Shown piece after piece: positions 1-10,078 of a DNA stretch of 64,000 bases. Position 1 is the first letter of the stretch. Each line of letters opens with the position of its first letter. The notes beneath the pieces were generated by a model, which did no database searches, had not been told where the DNA came from, and worked only from the letters and a program-made list of their open reading frames with translations. The stretch spans positions 3,164 through 67,163 of the forward strand of contig PXUB01000029.1 in the NCBI GenBank assembly GCA_003009755.1, in the 5' to 3' direction. The translations under genes were made by a program, and so were the position numbers. The DNA comes from Thermoplasmatales archaeon SW_10_69_26 (GTDB taxonomy: Archaea; Thermoplasmatota; SW-10-69-26).

Positions 1-952
1 AGTCGCGGATCGAGCCCTCCTCCATCCGGGCTCGGTCGCGGGGCCGGGTCGGCTCGAAGCCCAGCGTGCGCATCAACGACATCTCCCGGGTCGTGCGACC
101 CCAGCCGAGCCCCATCACGCACAGCTGCAGCTTGACGGCGAGGCTGGCGGGGATGCCCAGCCAGGAGAGGAACGTGATGATCGAGCCGGTGAGCACCATC
201 ACGACGATCCAGCCGTGCAGCGGCAGCTGGGTGATCTCGTTGCCGACGGTCTCCATCGTGCGGCCCCCCAGCAGGAACCCGCCGGCGCCTATCGCGAGCC
301 CGCCGATCACGACGGCCGGCACCATCCCGACGGTGCCAGAGCCGACGAGCGGCGCGACGGCGTTGGCGACGTTGGAGGCGCCCGCCGAGAAGGCGACGAA
401 GCAGCCGCCGAGCACGACGATGCCCTGCTGCAGGCGGTGGGCCCGGTCCGTGTCGGCCTGCCAGAACTCCTCGAGGTGGCCGAAGAGGTAGCGGCCGGTG
501 ATCGCCGACAACCAGAACGCGGCCATCCCGGCCACGAACCACCAGGTGACGACCTCGCCGACCGTGCCCCAGTCGAGGACGCCGAGCGCGGCCCCCATGC
601 CGACGACGGCGCCGACCGCAGTATAGCTGGTGCCGGTCGAGACGCCGACGAGGTTCGCCACGAGGATGCTGAGACCGATGAACAGCATGACGGCGGTCGA
701 GGCGGCCAGCGTGAAGTGCTCCTCGGCGACGAACTCGGTGCCCAGCGTGTCGACGACGTTGGGGCCGACCACCAGGCCGCCGACGAGCGCGAACACGGCC
801 ATCAGCGCCATCGCCCAGCGTTTGCCGAGCACGCCGGCACCGGTGGCTGGCCCGAAGGCGACCCCGGTCGAGGATCCGCCGATGTTGACCCCGACGAAGG
901 CGGCGGTGACGACGCCGACGACGCCGAGGAGGCCCAGCCCGGCGATGACCAT
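1..952 (-). CDS. PiT-family inorganic phosphate transporter (partial, runs off the left edge)
   Basis: Translated by hand on the minus strand from ATG 952 (TTG 964 possible): MVIAGLGLLG...FVGVNIGGSSTGVAFGPATGAG, which is the PiT signature. Hydrophobic and open to position 1. Not in the ORF track. Confidence 0.85.
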   Translation of the reverse strand, partial: MVIAGLGLLGVVGVVTAAFVGVNIGGSSTGVAFGPATGAGVLGKRWAMALMAVFALVGGLVVGPNVVDTLGTEFVAEEHFTLAASTAVMLFIGLSILVANLVGVSTGTSYTAVGAVVGMGAALGVLDWGTVGEVVTWWFVAGMAAFWLSAITGRYLFGHLEEFWQADTDRAHRLQQGIVVLGGCFVAFSAGASNVANAVAPLVGSGTVGMVPAVVIGGLAIGAGGFLLGGRTMETVGNEITQLPLHGWIVVMVLTGSIITFLSWLGIPASLAVKLQLCVMGLGWGRTTREMSLMRTLGFEPTRPRDRARMEEGSIRD

Positions 953-1107
953 CGCGCTTGCCAAGCCCTCCGCCTCACAAGAACCTCGCGCTCTCGGCGG
1001 CCGGGGCTCCTCGGCGGCGTGGACCTGCCCTCGCCCGGGGGAACCGGGTCCCTGGCGCCTCTCCCGGCGAAAAGCTCTTGGCGACGTTCGGCCTAGGAGG
1101 GGAGGCG

Positions 1108-1527
1108 ATGACCCGTGCCGAGACGACCCCCCGGCGTTCGCCGTTCGCGATCGACCTCGTCTACGGGCTCGTGTTCATCGCGGGGTTCGCCTACCTCGCC
1201 CTCGTCGAGATGGACGCCCGCGTGGCCGCCTTCGAGGCAGGCATCGTGATCGGGTACTTCCTGCGCGTCTGGGAGAAGATGACCCTCTACGAGCAGGCGC
1301 TGGCCAGCCGGGTGTCCGAGGAGGCCCAGCGCCAGGTCGCCAGTGAGGTCGAGGCCCAGGTCGGCCCGGAGGTCGAAGATCACGTCGACACCGAGATGGG
1401 CGACGTCATCGCCGACGAGGTCGAAGACCAGGTCGCGCCCGAGGTCGAGGATCGGGTCGCCGAGGAGCTCGACGAGCGGCTCGAGGAGGAGGCCCGCGCC
1501 CGCGCCGACGGCTCCGAGGACGGCTGA
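1108..1527 (+). CDS. Membrane protein with two TM helices and an acidic repetitive C-terminal tail
   Basis: GGAGG RBS before ATG 1108; tail of EVEAQV/EVEDHV/EVEDQV/EVEDRV repeats. Confidence 0.8.
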   Translation: MTRAETTPRRSPFAIDLVYGLVFIAGFAYLALVEMDARVAAFEAGIVIGYFLRVWEKMTLYEQALASRVSEEAQRQVASEVEAQVGPEVEDHVDTEMGDVIADEVEDQVAPEVEDRVAEELDERLEEEARARADGSEDG

Positions 1528-1530
1528 AGC

Positions 1531-1989
1531 CTACGCCGAGCCCGTCTCGGGCTCCGCCTCGGGGTCGGGCCCGGTCGTTTCCTGGGCCCGACGCTCGGCG
1601 AACAGCCGGCCCGCCTGCACGAGCACGACGAGGTGCACGATCGCGACGAGCACGAACACCGTCACGTAGGGCCACGTCGTCTCGATCACGGTCTGCAGGT
1701 ACATCGTCAAGACCGTGACGCCGTCCAGCAGCCACAGGACGCCGGTCGCGATCAACGTGGCCTCCAACGCCCACTCGCGACCGTCGCGTAGCACGACGGC
1801 GAGCCCGCCGTGCACGATCGGGCCCACGAGAGCGACGAACAGCAACAACGCCGCGGACGCGATCGCGAACGTCTCCGTCACACCGGCGAGGATCGCCAAC
1901 CCCAGGAGGCCGGCCGCGACGGTGACCAGCATCCTGATGGCGGTGGCGATGGCTTCCAGCTTCACCAGAGAACGCACGTCCACAGTCAC
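1531..1989 (-). CDS. Hypothetical membrane protein (about 4 TM)
   Basis: Hydrophobic ORF with genome-like codon usage; start uncertain. Confidence 0.7.
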   Translation of the reverse strand: MTVDVRSLVKLEAIATAIRMLVTVAAGLLGLAILAGVTETFAIASAALLLFVALVGPIVHGGLAVVLRDGREWALEATLIATGVLWLLDGVTVLTMYLQTVIETTWPYVTVFVLVAIVHLVVLVQAGRLFAERRAQETTGPDPEAEPETGSA

Positions 1990-2112
1990 AGCCCCTCTAG
2001 GTCAGGGGACACCAAGACCCTTACGTTCTCGGCCAACCCCGACGCGAGCCACGGAACGGTGGGCGGCCGTTGGAACCTAGCTTGATAACCCCCAGCAGGG
2101 TTCGCCTCGCCG

Positions 2113-3198
2113 GTGGCGCACGTGAGCGACGAGGACGAGTTCTACACGCGCGAGAACCTGCTGTCGGCCCCTGTCGAACAGCTGGACCCCACGGAGGTCG
2201 ACACCGTGGCGGAGCTGCTGGAGGGCATGGCCGGCATGAGCTTCCAGGCGCGCAGCCTCGGCCAGTGCCTGCGGGTCTGGCAACGCGCCCTCGAGGACGG
2301 CGAGCGGCCCACGGTCATCCTCGGCGTCGCCGGCTCGCTGATCGCCGGCGGCATGCGGCGCGTGATGAGCCGCCTCGTCGAACACGGTCTCGTCGACGTC
2401 GTCGTCAGCGCCGGCTCCCAGCCCTACCAGGACCTCTACCAGGCCCGCGGCGAGGACTACGACCACTGGCGCGCCACCCCCGAGATGGACGACATCGAGC
2501 TGCGCGAGCTCGAGCTGGATCGCCTGTACGACACCCTCGTCGACGAGCGCAGGTTCGCCGACACCGACCAGCTTTTGGGCAGCATCGTCGGCGAGCTCGA
2601 CCCCGGCCGCTACACGACCCGGCAACTGTACGACCACCTCGGCGCCCGCTTCGACGACGACGAGAGCCTCGTCGTGCAAGCCCACCGCACCGGCACGCCG
2701 ATCTTCTGCCCGGCCCTCAACGACTCCAGCCTCGGCATCGGCATGGTGCAGGACCTGCTCGAGGCCCGCGAGGAGGGTCGCGAGGTCCCCACCCTGGACC
2801 CGATCCTCGACCACTACGAGCTGGCGCAGATCACCGGCGCCAGCGAGAAGACGATGGTGATTTACGTCGCCGGCGGCACGCCGAAGAACTACATCCAGCA
2901 GACCCAGCCGATCAACCACTACCTCGGCAACGACGTCGGCGGCCACGACTACGCGATCCAGATCACCGCCGACGCCCCCCACTGGGGCGGCCTGTCGGGC
3001 TGCACGCTCGAGGAGGGCCAATCGTGGGGCAAGATCGCCGCCGAGGCCACGCGCGCCACCGCCTACTGCGATGCGACGATCGGGCTCACGATGCTCGCCA
3101 CCGCGCTCTTCCAACAGCCCGAGCTGTGGGAGGATCGTGGGCGGCTGAGCTTCGACTTCGAGGACAACGAGCTGACGCTCGAACGCGAGGCCGCCTGA
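2113..3198 (+). CDS. dys: Deoxyhypusine synthase
   Basis: Motifs GSLIAGG, FCPALNDSSLG, GGTPKN and GGLSGCTLEEGQSWGK, with the active-site Lys retained. Confidence 0.93.
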   Translation: MAHVSDEDEFYTRENLLSAPVEQLDPTEVDTVAELLEGMAGMSFQARSLGQCLRVWQRALEDGERPTVILGVAGSLIAGGMRRVMSRLVEHGLVDVVVSAGSQPYQDLYQARGEDYDHWRATPEMDDIELRELELDRLYDTLVDERRFADTDQLLGSIVGELDPGRYTTRQLYDHLGARFDDDESLVVQAHRTGTPIFCPALNDSSLGIGMVQDLLEAREEGREVPTLDPILDHYELAQITGASEKTMVIYVAGGTPKNYIQQTQPINHYLGNDVGGHDYAIQITADAPHWGGLSGCTLEEGQSWGKIAAEATRATAYCDATIGLTMLATALFQQPELWEDRGRLSFDFEDNELTLEREAA

Positions 3199-3604
3199 GG
3201 GCACCGATCGAGCCACGGACCGGGGGGCCGAGGACCCACGAGCTGGGGTTCACACCGTCACCCGTTCATCGACAGGGTCCTTCGACGACCTCCCGTTGAC
3301 GACGGGACCCGAGGGAGGCCCCGTCAGGAGGTACCGACAAGCGAAAACTTGCGACGGTTGTGGCGTCCGGCTTCGGGGCGCTTCTCGGTTCCAACGTCGC
3401 AGACCCTGCTCACTTCGCCCACCATCCGAGAGGTGCGACCGAGGTGGACGGACCGAGCTCGGGCTCCCCCTCCGGGGGGTCCGACGGTGGCTACCGAGCG
3501 TCGGAGGCCGAGCGACGGACGTGCACGTCGACTTGATGCCGCACCCCGGTCGATGAGCCTCGTGTTCCTCAGACGTGAGTGGTGGCTGCCACGTCCGAGG
3601 CTAC

Positions 3605-3698
3605 GCACGGCCTCCGCGACGTCTGCGGTCGGCCGTGCTTTCGCCAGAGACCGCGTTCCATGGCCTCGAGGTCCCCGATCGAGAGCGGTCTCTGGCGA
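3605..3698 (+). repeat. 94 bp two-hairpin repeat, family D, copy 1
   Basis: 8 bp stem/18 nt loop, 2 nt spacer, then a 14 bp stem TCGCCAGAGACCGC/GCGGTCTCTGGCGA with a 30 nt loop. Same layout at 11881-11974. Confidence 0.85.
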
Positions 3699-3893
3699 TC
3701 CTCTCTTCGGGGGTCGCTCGGCTCATCGCCGGATCAGGCCGGATCGGAGATCCGGCCGCTTCCGAGACCGCGGGTCTGCCGGTCTCGGGCCGCACACGAG
3801 CGCTCGCTCGTGCTCTCGCGACGTCCGCACTCGCTCGCGCCCGTGGCGCTTCTCAGCCCCTCAGCTGGGCTGTGGACGAGAGGGGCTGAGAAG

Positions 3894-3966
3894 TGGGACC
3901 GCCCGAATTTGAATCGGGGTTAACCCGCCCCCAGCGGGCAAGGATACCAAGCTACCCCACGGTCCC
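3894..3966 (-). tRNA. tRNA-Pro (GGG)
   Basis: GGGACCG acceptor, anticodon arm GCCCG-CTGGGGG-CGGGT, T-arm CCCGA-TTCAAAT-TCGGG, discriminator A; CCA not encoded. Confidence 0.95.
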
Positions 3967-4001
3967 AGTGGAATGCGGGGAATCCCGCCAAACAGGGAAC
4001 C

Positions 4002-4010
4002 CGCTATAAC
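4002..4010 (-). promoter_or_regulatory. Putative TATA box of tRNA-Pro
   Basis: GGTTATAGC on the minus strand about 40 nt upstream of the mature 5' end, in a GC-rich background. Confidence 0.5.
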
Positions 4011-4164
4011 CGTTTCGGGAGCCCCCTCGACCGGCTCGATCCCTCTCGGCCTCTCTCCCTTGGATCTCCGCCTTCGAGAAGGCGTCTGCGCTCCGTCAGC
4101 CGGGGGTGGACAAGTGCCATCTCCGATGGGCTTAAGAGGAGAGAGAACGACTCTCGGCCACCTC

Positions 4165-4620
4165 ATGGACGACGCGGACACCGGAGGCGACACCGCTGAC
4201 GGCTCCGATCTGCGCGAGCGGGTCCGTCGAGCCCTGGCCGCGGAAGGCTTCAGCTGGGAGCTGTGGCAGAAGCCCGAGCGCGGCCAGATCTTCGGGATGA
4301 TCCGCCGAGACGGCGAGATGCAACTGCACGTCCGCTACTACGAGGACGACGTCGTCAAGGCCGAGCGCGAGCTCGCCAACGATTACGTCGAGCACCTGCT
4401 CTCCCCGCGCGTCTCCGCGCACGAGGAGGTCGAGGAGATCCTCGAGGACCACGGGCTCGGCGACGAGGTCGACGTCGAGGAGAAGCGGTTCCCGCCCCGG
4501 CACGACGGCGTGGACATGCCCAGGACCCGCACACGCTGGAAACCGCTCGTGGTGGGCGTGGGTGTCGCGCTCGTCGGCGCGGTCGCCGGCACGGGTCTTC
4601 TCTTCTCCGGCGGCGAGTGA
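4165..4620 (+). CDS. Hypothetical protein with a C-terminal TM anchor
   Basis: ATG 4165 about 30 nt after CTTAAG; acidic globular part and a hydrophobic C-terminus. Confidence 0.8.
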   Translation: MDDADTGGDTADGSDLRERVRRALAAEGFSWELWQKPERGQIFGMIRRDGEMQLHVRYYEDDVVKAERELANDYVEHLLSPRVSAHEEVEEILEDHGLGDEVDVEEKRFPPRHDGVDMPRTRTRWKPLVVGVGVALVGAVAGTGLLFSGGE

Positions 4621-4702
4621 CCGCCGGCGAGCCCCGCTGAACGCTCGTCTCACAGGGAACCGAACAGCGGCGGGTCCACGCTGGGACCCGCCGCCGGACC
4701 CC

Positions 4703-7426
4703 CTAAGCCTCGAGACAACCCTTGGGCGTGTCAGCGCTGGTCTCCGTGGCCGGGATGGTGCACAGGATCTCGTGGTCGCGCGTCTCGTAGAACGGCGTCA
4801 CGCGGGCGTTGCTGGACACCGTGTTGTCACCGGGGAACACCGGCGTGTCCACGACCGGGCCCTGCTTGCCCCAGAAGTTGTGCGTGGCGTTCACGCGGGC
4901 CTCGACGTTGGCGCGCAGGCCGAAGTCCTCGTTGCCCACGATGTCGCACTCGTGCATCCACAGCGGGTCGTCGTCATCGTCGTCGCCCGGCGGCTGGGGG
5001 ACCCCGACGCTGGGCGGCTCCGGGACCGGGACCTGCAGGTCGACGTCGACGTCGCCCGAGACCACGACCACGCCGTCGGCGTTGAAGCTGGCTTCGCAGT
5101 CCTCGACGATGAACAGCGTCCCGCCCAGGCGCATGCCGGCTTCGCCGTTGCCGGAGAAGTTGCCCTCCTCGACGCGGGCTTCGCCGCGCAGGTTGACCCC
5201 GTCCTCGCTGTTGTTGCGCGCGAACACGGTCTCGAGGCGGGTGGTTCCGGTGGCCTGGATGCCGGTCTCGTCGTTGAAGGAGGCTCTCACGTCCTCGGCG
5301 TGCAGCTCGCCGGCGACGTCGACCCCGATCTCGTTGTCGACGACGACGGACTCCTCGAGCGTGAGGGAGCCCTCGGCGTGGATGCCGGTCCCGGCGTTCT
5401 TGCTGGCGTTGACGTTGGTCATCTCGACGCGGCCGTCCACGTCGGCGCCGATCTCGTTGCGCACGAAGACGTCGCTCTCGAAGCTGCCGCCGCCCTTCAA
5501 GTGGACGCCGGCCTCGGCGTTGCCTTCGAAGCGGTTGTCGACGAAGACGCCGGTGGCGCACTGCGTCCGGTAGGTGTGGTGGCAGCCGGAGACGTCAGCG
5601 ATCCCGTCACCACTGTTGTCGACGATCACGTTGCCCTCGAAACGGGCGTCCGTGCGCTTGTCGAGGTGGACCCCCGCCTTGTCGTTCTCGGCGAACGTGT
5701 TCGCCTCGATCGTGCCCTGGAAGTGCACGAGCACCGCGCCGACGAGGTTCGACTCGATGTCGTTGTTCAGCACCTCGACATCGTGGCGCCCCTGATCGAA
5801 GCTGCCCTTCAGCACGAGGCCGGCCTCGGTCGTGCTGCGGATCGAGTTGTCCACGATCACGCCCTCGGCGCCGCCGCGGAACTCCGCGCCGACGGCGACG
5901 TGGGCGAACACGTTGGCGCGCACGGTCACGAACCCGCCATCGGCTTCCACGCACACCGTCTCGGGCGGATCGATCTCGATGTCGCAGATGTTGTCCTTGA
6001 CGAACGTGCGGGAGTCGACCGAGACGACGGCCTCGTTGTTGGAGAGGAACGCGTTGTCGCGGACGCGGACGAAGGCCGATTGCTCGACGTGCACCCCGAC
6101 GTCGTTGTACTGGAAGGTGTTGTTCTCGATCGTGACGTCCTTGCTGTCGTAGACGACGACGCTCCCTTGCAGGAACAGGCTGCCGAAGCCGTCGTCGCGT
6201 TGGCCGGCCACGATCTCCTCGTCGGTAACGTTGACGCCGACCTCCTCGTAGAAGATCCGCTGCTCGTCGGGGTTGACGGTGCCGTCGACGTTCACGCCGT
6301 CGATGAAGTTGCCCTGCATGAGGGGGATCGACCCCTTCGAGTCGTAGGGCACCGACATCCCCCACCGGTTGTCGTTCAAGACGTTGTCCTCGAGCGTGAT
6401 GATCGAGTGCGACAGGCGGATGCCGACGTCGTTGCCGACGAGCGTGTTGTTCACGACGCGGCCCTCGCTGCCCTCCAGCCGCAAGCCCTCGTTGTTGTTG
6501 GGCCCGGCCTCGTCGCCGTTGTCGCGGAACACGTTGTCCTTGATGAGGACCTCCGAGTTCGTCGATCCGAAGGCGCCCCGCCAGTTGTTGGCGATCGTGT
6601 TGCGGAACATCTGGACGGTCGATCGCTCGAACGCGATGGCGTCGCGCTTCTGGTTCGTGACCTCGTTGTCCTGCATGTACAGCTTGGCGCTGTCGACCAC
6701 GATCCCGCCCATGCCCTCCGAGATCGAGTTCGAGATCAGGCGGGCGTGAGCCGAGTCCTCGACGTGGACGCCCCAGCGGTCGGCGAGGCTCACGTTGTTG
6801 TTGACGAGGCGCGCCTGCGTGGCCTCGGACAGGCGGATGCCGTCGTAGACGGCCGTGACGTTGTTGTTCGAGATCTCCGGCGAAGAGGACTGGGCCCAGA
6901 TCCCGTGTTGGGCCAGCGTCACGAAGTTGTCGTCCAGGGTCGGCGAGCCGCCATCGATGCCGATGCCGAGCGTGCCGTCATCGTAGGCGGTGTTCGTGCC
7001 TCGCACGTCGTTGCCGGCGACGAACGGCGAGCTGTTCTCGAGGTCGATCCCCGTGGACGCGAAGTCGATCACGTTGTCCACGACGGTCCCGCGGTCGCCG
7101 GTGTTCGACAGCACGAGACCGGCGTCGCCCTCGAGTTGGTTGTCGCGCACGATGAAGTGCTCGTCGGCGATGTTCTGGATGACCATCGCCGTTCCCGAGG
7201 TTTGGATCCGCCAGTCCTCGATGATGAACGGGTCCGTGGGCGTACCCGAGGCGCCAGGGTTGCGGATGCAGGCGCAGGCGTTCGTTCGCAGCTCACCGTC
7301 ACCGTCGATCGTGATAGGGGCGTGGGGTTCGTCGGCCGTTCCTCTCGTGATCTCGGCCAGACTGCCCAGACCTCCCGTCAGGGCTAACAGCGCCATCGCC
7401 ACCGCTTGACCTCGCACGTCGGACAC
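4703..7426 (-). CDS. Secreted right-handed beta-helix (NosD/pectate-lyase-like) protein
   Basis: Signal-like N-terminus, PHAPITIDG...GT..DPFIIEDW motif, many xxNxxxxN beta-helix repeats; start could be a nearby downstream ATG. Confidence 0.9.
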   Translation of the reverse strand: MSDVRGQAVAMALLALTGGLGSLAEITRGTADEPHAPITIDGDGELRTNACACIRNPGASGTPTDPFIIEDWRIQTSGTAMVIQNIADEHFIVRDNQLEGDAGLVLSNTGDRGTVVDNVIDFASTGIDLENSSPFVAGNDVRGTNTAYDDGTLGIGIDGGSPTLDDNFVTLAQHGIWAQSSSPEISNNNVTAVYDGIRLSEATQARLVNNNVSLADRWGVHVEDSAHARLISNSISEGMGGIVVDSAKLYMQDNEVTNQKRDAIAFERSTVQMFRNTIANNWRGAFGSTNSEVLIKDNVFRDNGDEAGPNNNEGLRLEGSEGRVVNNTLVGNDVGIRLSHSIITLEDNVLNDNRWGMSVPYDSKGSIPLMQGNFIDGVNVDGTVNPDEQRIFYEEVGVNVTDEEIVAGQRDDGFGSLFLQGSVVVYDSKDVTIENNTFQYNDVGVHVEQSAFVRVRDNAFLSNNEAVVSVDSRTFVKDNICDIEIDPPETVCVEADGGFVTVRANVFAHVAVGAEFRGGAEGVIVDNSIRSTTEAGLVLKGSFDQGRHDVEVLNNDIESNLVGAVLVHFQGTIEANTFAENDKAGVHLDKRTDARFEGNVIVDNSGDGIADVSGCHHTYRTQCATGVFVDNRFEGNAEAGVHLKGGGSFESDVFVRNEIGADVDGRVEMTNVNASKNAGTGIHAEGSLTLEESVVVDNEIGVDVAGELHAEDVRASFNDETGIQATGTTRLETVFARNNSEDGVNLRGEARVEEGNFSGNGEAGMRLGGTLFIVEDCEASFNADGVVVVSGDVDVDLQVPVPEPPSVGVPQPPGDDDDDDPLWMHECDIVGNEDFGLRANVEARVNATHNFWGKQGPVVDTPVFPGDNTVSSNARVTPFYETRDHEILCTIPATETSADTPKGCLEA

Positions 7427-7481
7427 CTGCTCGCCCGTTCACGAGCTCACATAAAGGCGTCCGGCTGTATCCGACGGTTCG

Positions 7482-8261
7482 TTACACCCTCGTCGTGTGG
7501 TCGTTGACGACGGCCAGCGAGGCCTGCAGGGCCTCCTCCGCGCGGACCGACCGGGTCTTCTGGTCGGGGATCGTGTTCACGAGCGGGAAGTTCGGCGGCG
7601 TGTCCAGGACCTCCTGGATGCCGCGGTCCGGGGTCCCGAACACGAGGGTGACCTCCTCGTCGTCGGGCAGGTGCTCGTCCGGCTCGAAGCCATCGCCCCG
7701 GCGGCTGGTGCCCAAGATCGGGCCCCGGCCCTCGATCGCGGTCGACAGATCCGGCGTCCGCGTGACCTCGTAGGTGGTGTACTCGTCCGGGTCGGCGGGC
7801 TCGACCAGCACGCGGTCGGCGCGCGTGGCCGTGATCGTCACCGGGAACTGCTGGCCCGGTTCTGGCGGCTCCTCGGCGTCGAGCTCGGCCAGCCCTTCGA
7901 GCCCGATGTCCACGCGCTTGCCCGCCATCGCGCCCATGCGGACCTGGCCCTGCTCGACGAACGTGTCCACGAGGTGGGTGTCCAGGTTCAAGGGCGGCAG
8001 CACGCCGACGTGCTCGAGATCCTCGCTGATCGGGAACAACCGCCGACGCAGGTAGGGCGCCGTCGCCTGGTAGTCGAGGATCTGGGACACCCGACGGCTG
8101 CCCCGTCGCTCGGGATCCTCGTAGACGACGACCTCGTCCACGCCGAAGATCGCCGCCGCTCGCCCGACGGTGCCGACGGCGTGCGTCGCCAGCCGGTCGT
8201 CGTCGATCGTGGCCGTCAACGAACCCGGCACGAGGATCGACGTCACGCCCGCCACGGGCAC
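7482..8261 (-). CDS. SPOUT-family RNA methyltransferase (DUF171/C9orf114-like)
   Basis: SILVPGSL...GRAAAIFGVDE...YQATAPYLRR...GVLPPL...NTIPDQKTRSVRAEEA; GGAGG RBS before GTG 8261. Confidence 0.88.
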   Translation of the reverse strand: MPVAGVTSILVPGSLTATIDDDRLATHAVGTVGRAAAIFGVDEVVVYEDPERRGSRRVSQILDYQATAPYLRRRLFPISEDLEHVGVLPPLNLDTHLVDTFVEQGQVRMGAMAGKRVDIGLEGLAELDAEEPPEPGQQFPVTITATRADRVLVEPADPDEYTTYEVTRTPDLSTAIEGRGPILGTSRRGDGFEPDEHLPDDEEVTLVFGTPDRGIQEVLDTPPNFPLVNTIPDQKTRSVRAEEALQASLAVVNDHTTRV

Positions 8262-8423
8262 CCCTCCTCCGGGCCGACGATCGCGGGCAGTGCCTGGCAG
8301 ACCAGGGAGACGGCAGCGGTCCTCACGTCGGTCGGGACTCGGCCCCGATGCATCAACCCTTCGGCGCCCGGGCCCCGGGCCGCCGACCCCGGAACTGATG
8401 GGAGCCAGCCCGGCTGGACCCTC

Positions 8424-9140
8424 GTGGACGCGAGGCTGGGTTCCGAGCTCGAGCGACCCACCGAGGGCCCCAGCTCCGTGCCCGCGCTGCTCGCCGTCTT
8501 GGCCCCGCTGTCCGTCGTCGTGGCGCTCGAAACGACCGGCAACGTGCTCGTCGCCTTCGCCGCCTACCACCTTGCCTTCTGCCTGATCGTCCCGCTCACC
8601 GTGCTCGGCTTCCGCCACCGCGCCTGGGCGCCGGTCGCCGAGGGCCTGGCGCTGCAGGCCCCCTCGCGGGAGGGCTGGCTGGCCGGCGCCGCGCTGGGGG
8701 TCGGGACCGCGGGCGCGATCCTCGGCGGCTTCGCGCTCGCCGGCGACGGCCTGCTGGGGCCGGTTCCCGTGATCGAGCGGTTGATCCCGTGGGGGATCGG
8801 GCCGGACCTCGAGGTCCCCCTGTTCGTCTACATGCTCGTCTTCAACAGCGGCGCCGAGGAGCTGTTCTGGCGCGGCTACCTGCACACCGAAGCCGCCGCC
8901 CGCCTGGGCTCGATCGTGGCGATCCCGCTCGTGGCGGTGGCGTTCGCCAGCTACCACGTGTACACGCTGGCCGCCCTGCTGCCCGACCCTGGCCTCGTGG
9001 CGTTCGCCGCCGCCGGCATCCTCGCCGGCGCCCTCCTGTGGGCGGGCCTCCGCCAACGCTACGGCTCCGTGTGGCCGGCGGTGCTGGCCCACGTCGGCGC
9101 CACGGCCGGCTACATGACTGTGTTCGCGTGGCTGGTGTGA
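8424..9140 (+). CDS. CPBP (Abi/CAAX type II) intramembrane metalloprotease
   Basis: EELFWRG, FASYH and C-terminal H motifs; multi-TM; start GTG inferred. Confidence 0.88.
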   Translation: MDARLGSELERPTEGPSSVPALLAVLAPLSVVVALETTGNVLVAFAAYHLAFCLIVPLTVLGFRHRAWAPVAEGLALQAPSREGWLAGAALGVGTAGAILGGFALAGDGLLGPVPVIERLIPWGIGPDLEVPLFVYMLVFNSGAEELFWRGYLHTEAAARLGSIVAIPLVAVAFASYHVYTLAALLPDPGLVAFAAAGILAGALLWAGLRQRYGSVWPAVLAHVGATAGYMTVFAWLV

Positions 9141-9223
9141 GCTCGACGGGGCAGTGGTGATTCCTTCCGCAGGCACAGGGTCGGAACACTCAAGGACGCC
9201 GACGGGTAAATTACGTCCGTCAG

Positions 9224-9805
9224 GTGACCCACGTGGACGAAGATCCCCGCGACGACGACCGACGGGACCCGTTCGAGGAGCTCCGCGACCGGTTGGAGGA
9301 GGACCCGTTTCTAGGCCCTTTCTTCGAGGATCTCGACCGCGAGTTCTCCCGTATGCAGGAGTCGCTGGCTCGCATGCTCGAGCAGATGCAGGACGGCGAC
9401 CTCGACCCGGACGCCGACCCGTTCGTGTACGGGTTCTCCGTCCAGATGGGCCCCGACGGTCAGCCCGACTTCAGCGAGTTTGGCAACGTCGAGGGCTCGG
9501 GACCGGCCGACGCCGGCGCCTTCGAGGAAGCTCGCAAGCCGCTCGTCGACGTGCAGGAAGGCCAAGCGACGATCGCGATCACGGCCGAGCTGCCCGGCGT
9601 GGCCAAGGAGGACATCGACCTGCGCGCGCTGGAGGCGCAGATCGTCGTCAGCGTGGACGACCCCGACAACCGCTTCTTCAAGCGCATCGACCTCCCCACC
9701 GAGATCGAACCTCACACGACCGACGCCACGTACAAGAACGGCGTCCTCGACATCGAGGTCGACAAGGCCCCCGACGAGGAGGGCACCCCGATCGACCTCG
9801 AGTGA
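9224..9805 (+). CDS. hsp20: Archaeal Hsp20 small heat-shock protein
   Basis: PFVYGFSVQMGPDG.P...FGN, alpha-crystallin domain (AELPGV.KEDI, YKNGVL). Confidence 0.93.
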   Translation: MTHVDEDPRDDDRRDPFEELRDRLEEDPFLGPFFEDLDREFSRMQESLARMLEQMQDGDLDPDADPFVYGFSVQMGPDGQPDFSEFGNVEGSGPADAGAFEEARKPLVDVQEGQATIAITAELPGVAKEDIDLRALEAQIVVSVDDPDNRFFKRIDLPTEIEPHTTDATYKNGVLDIEVDKAPDEEGTPIDLE

Positions 9806-10078
9806 CCCGCCGACCGCCACGGCTTCGGCCCCGAACCTGAGGAAAGAGCCAAATACGTCCCCTCGGCGAGCCGAAGCCAACCCGGCCCGACCACGACCGA
9901 GCCTGCGCGCCCGGTCCCGCCCCGCCCCCCTCGGGCCGGGTTCCTCTCGGGCACCGTGCCGTGGATCTTCGGACCACACCCCTCCCCGGATGGCACGGTG
10001 CCCTTCACCCCTCCTCTCGACGGAAACGAACAGACCTTCACGACACCGTTGAAGAAGGCCCCGAACCTTCTCCATCCC

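Noticed and set aside
3300-3890. RNase P RNA or SRP RNA
   Set aside because: No GAGGAAAGUCC-type P4 signature or SRP helix-8 motif found by eye.
4562-7387. 941 aa plus-strand ORF and similar long antisense ORFs (e.g. 32878-35058, 34968-37007, 24179-25672)
   Set aside because: Shadow ORFs of real genes, caused by high GC3 and few antisense stops; no motifs.
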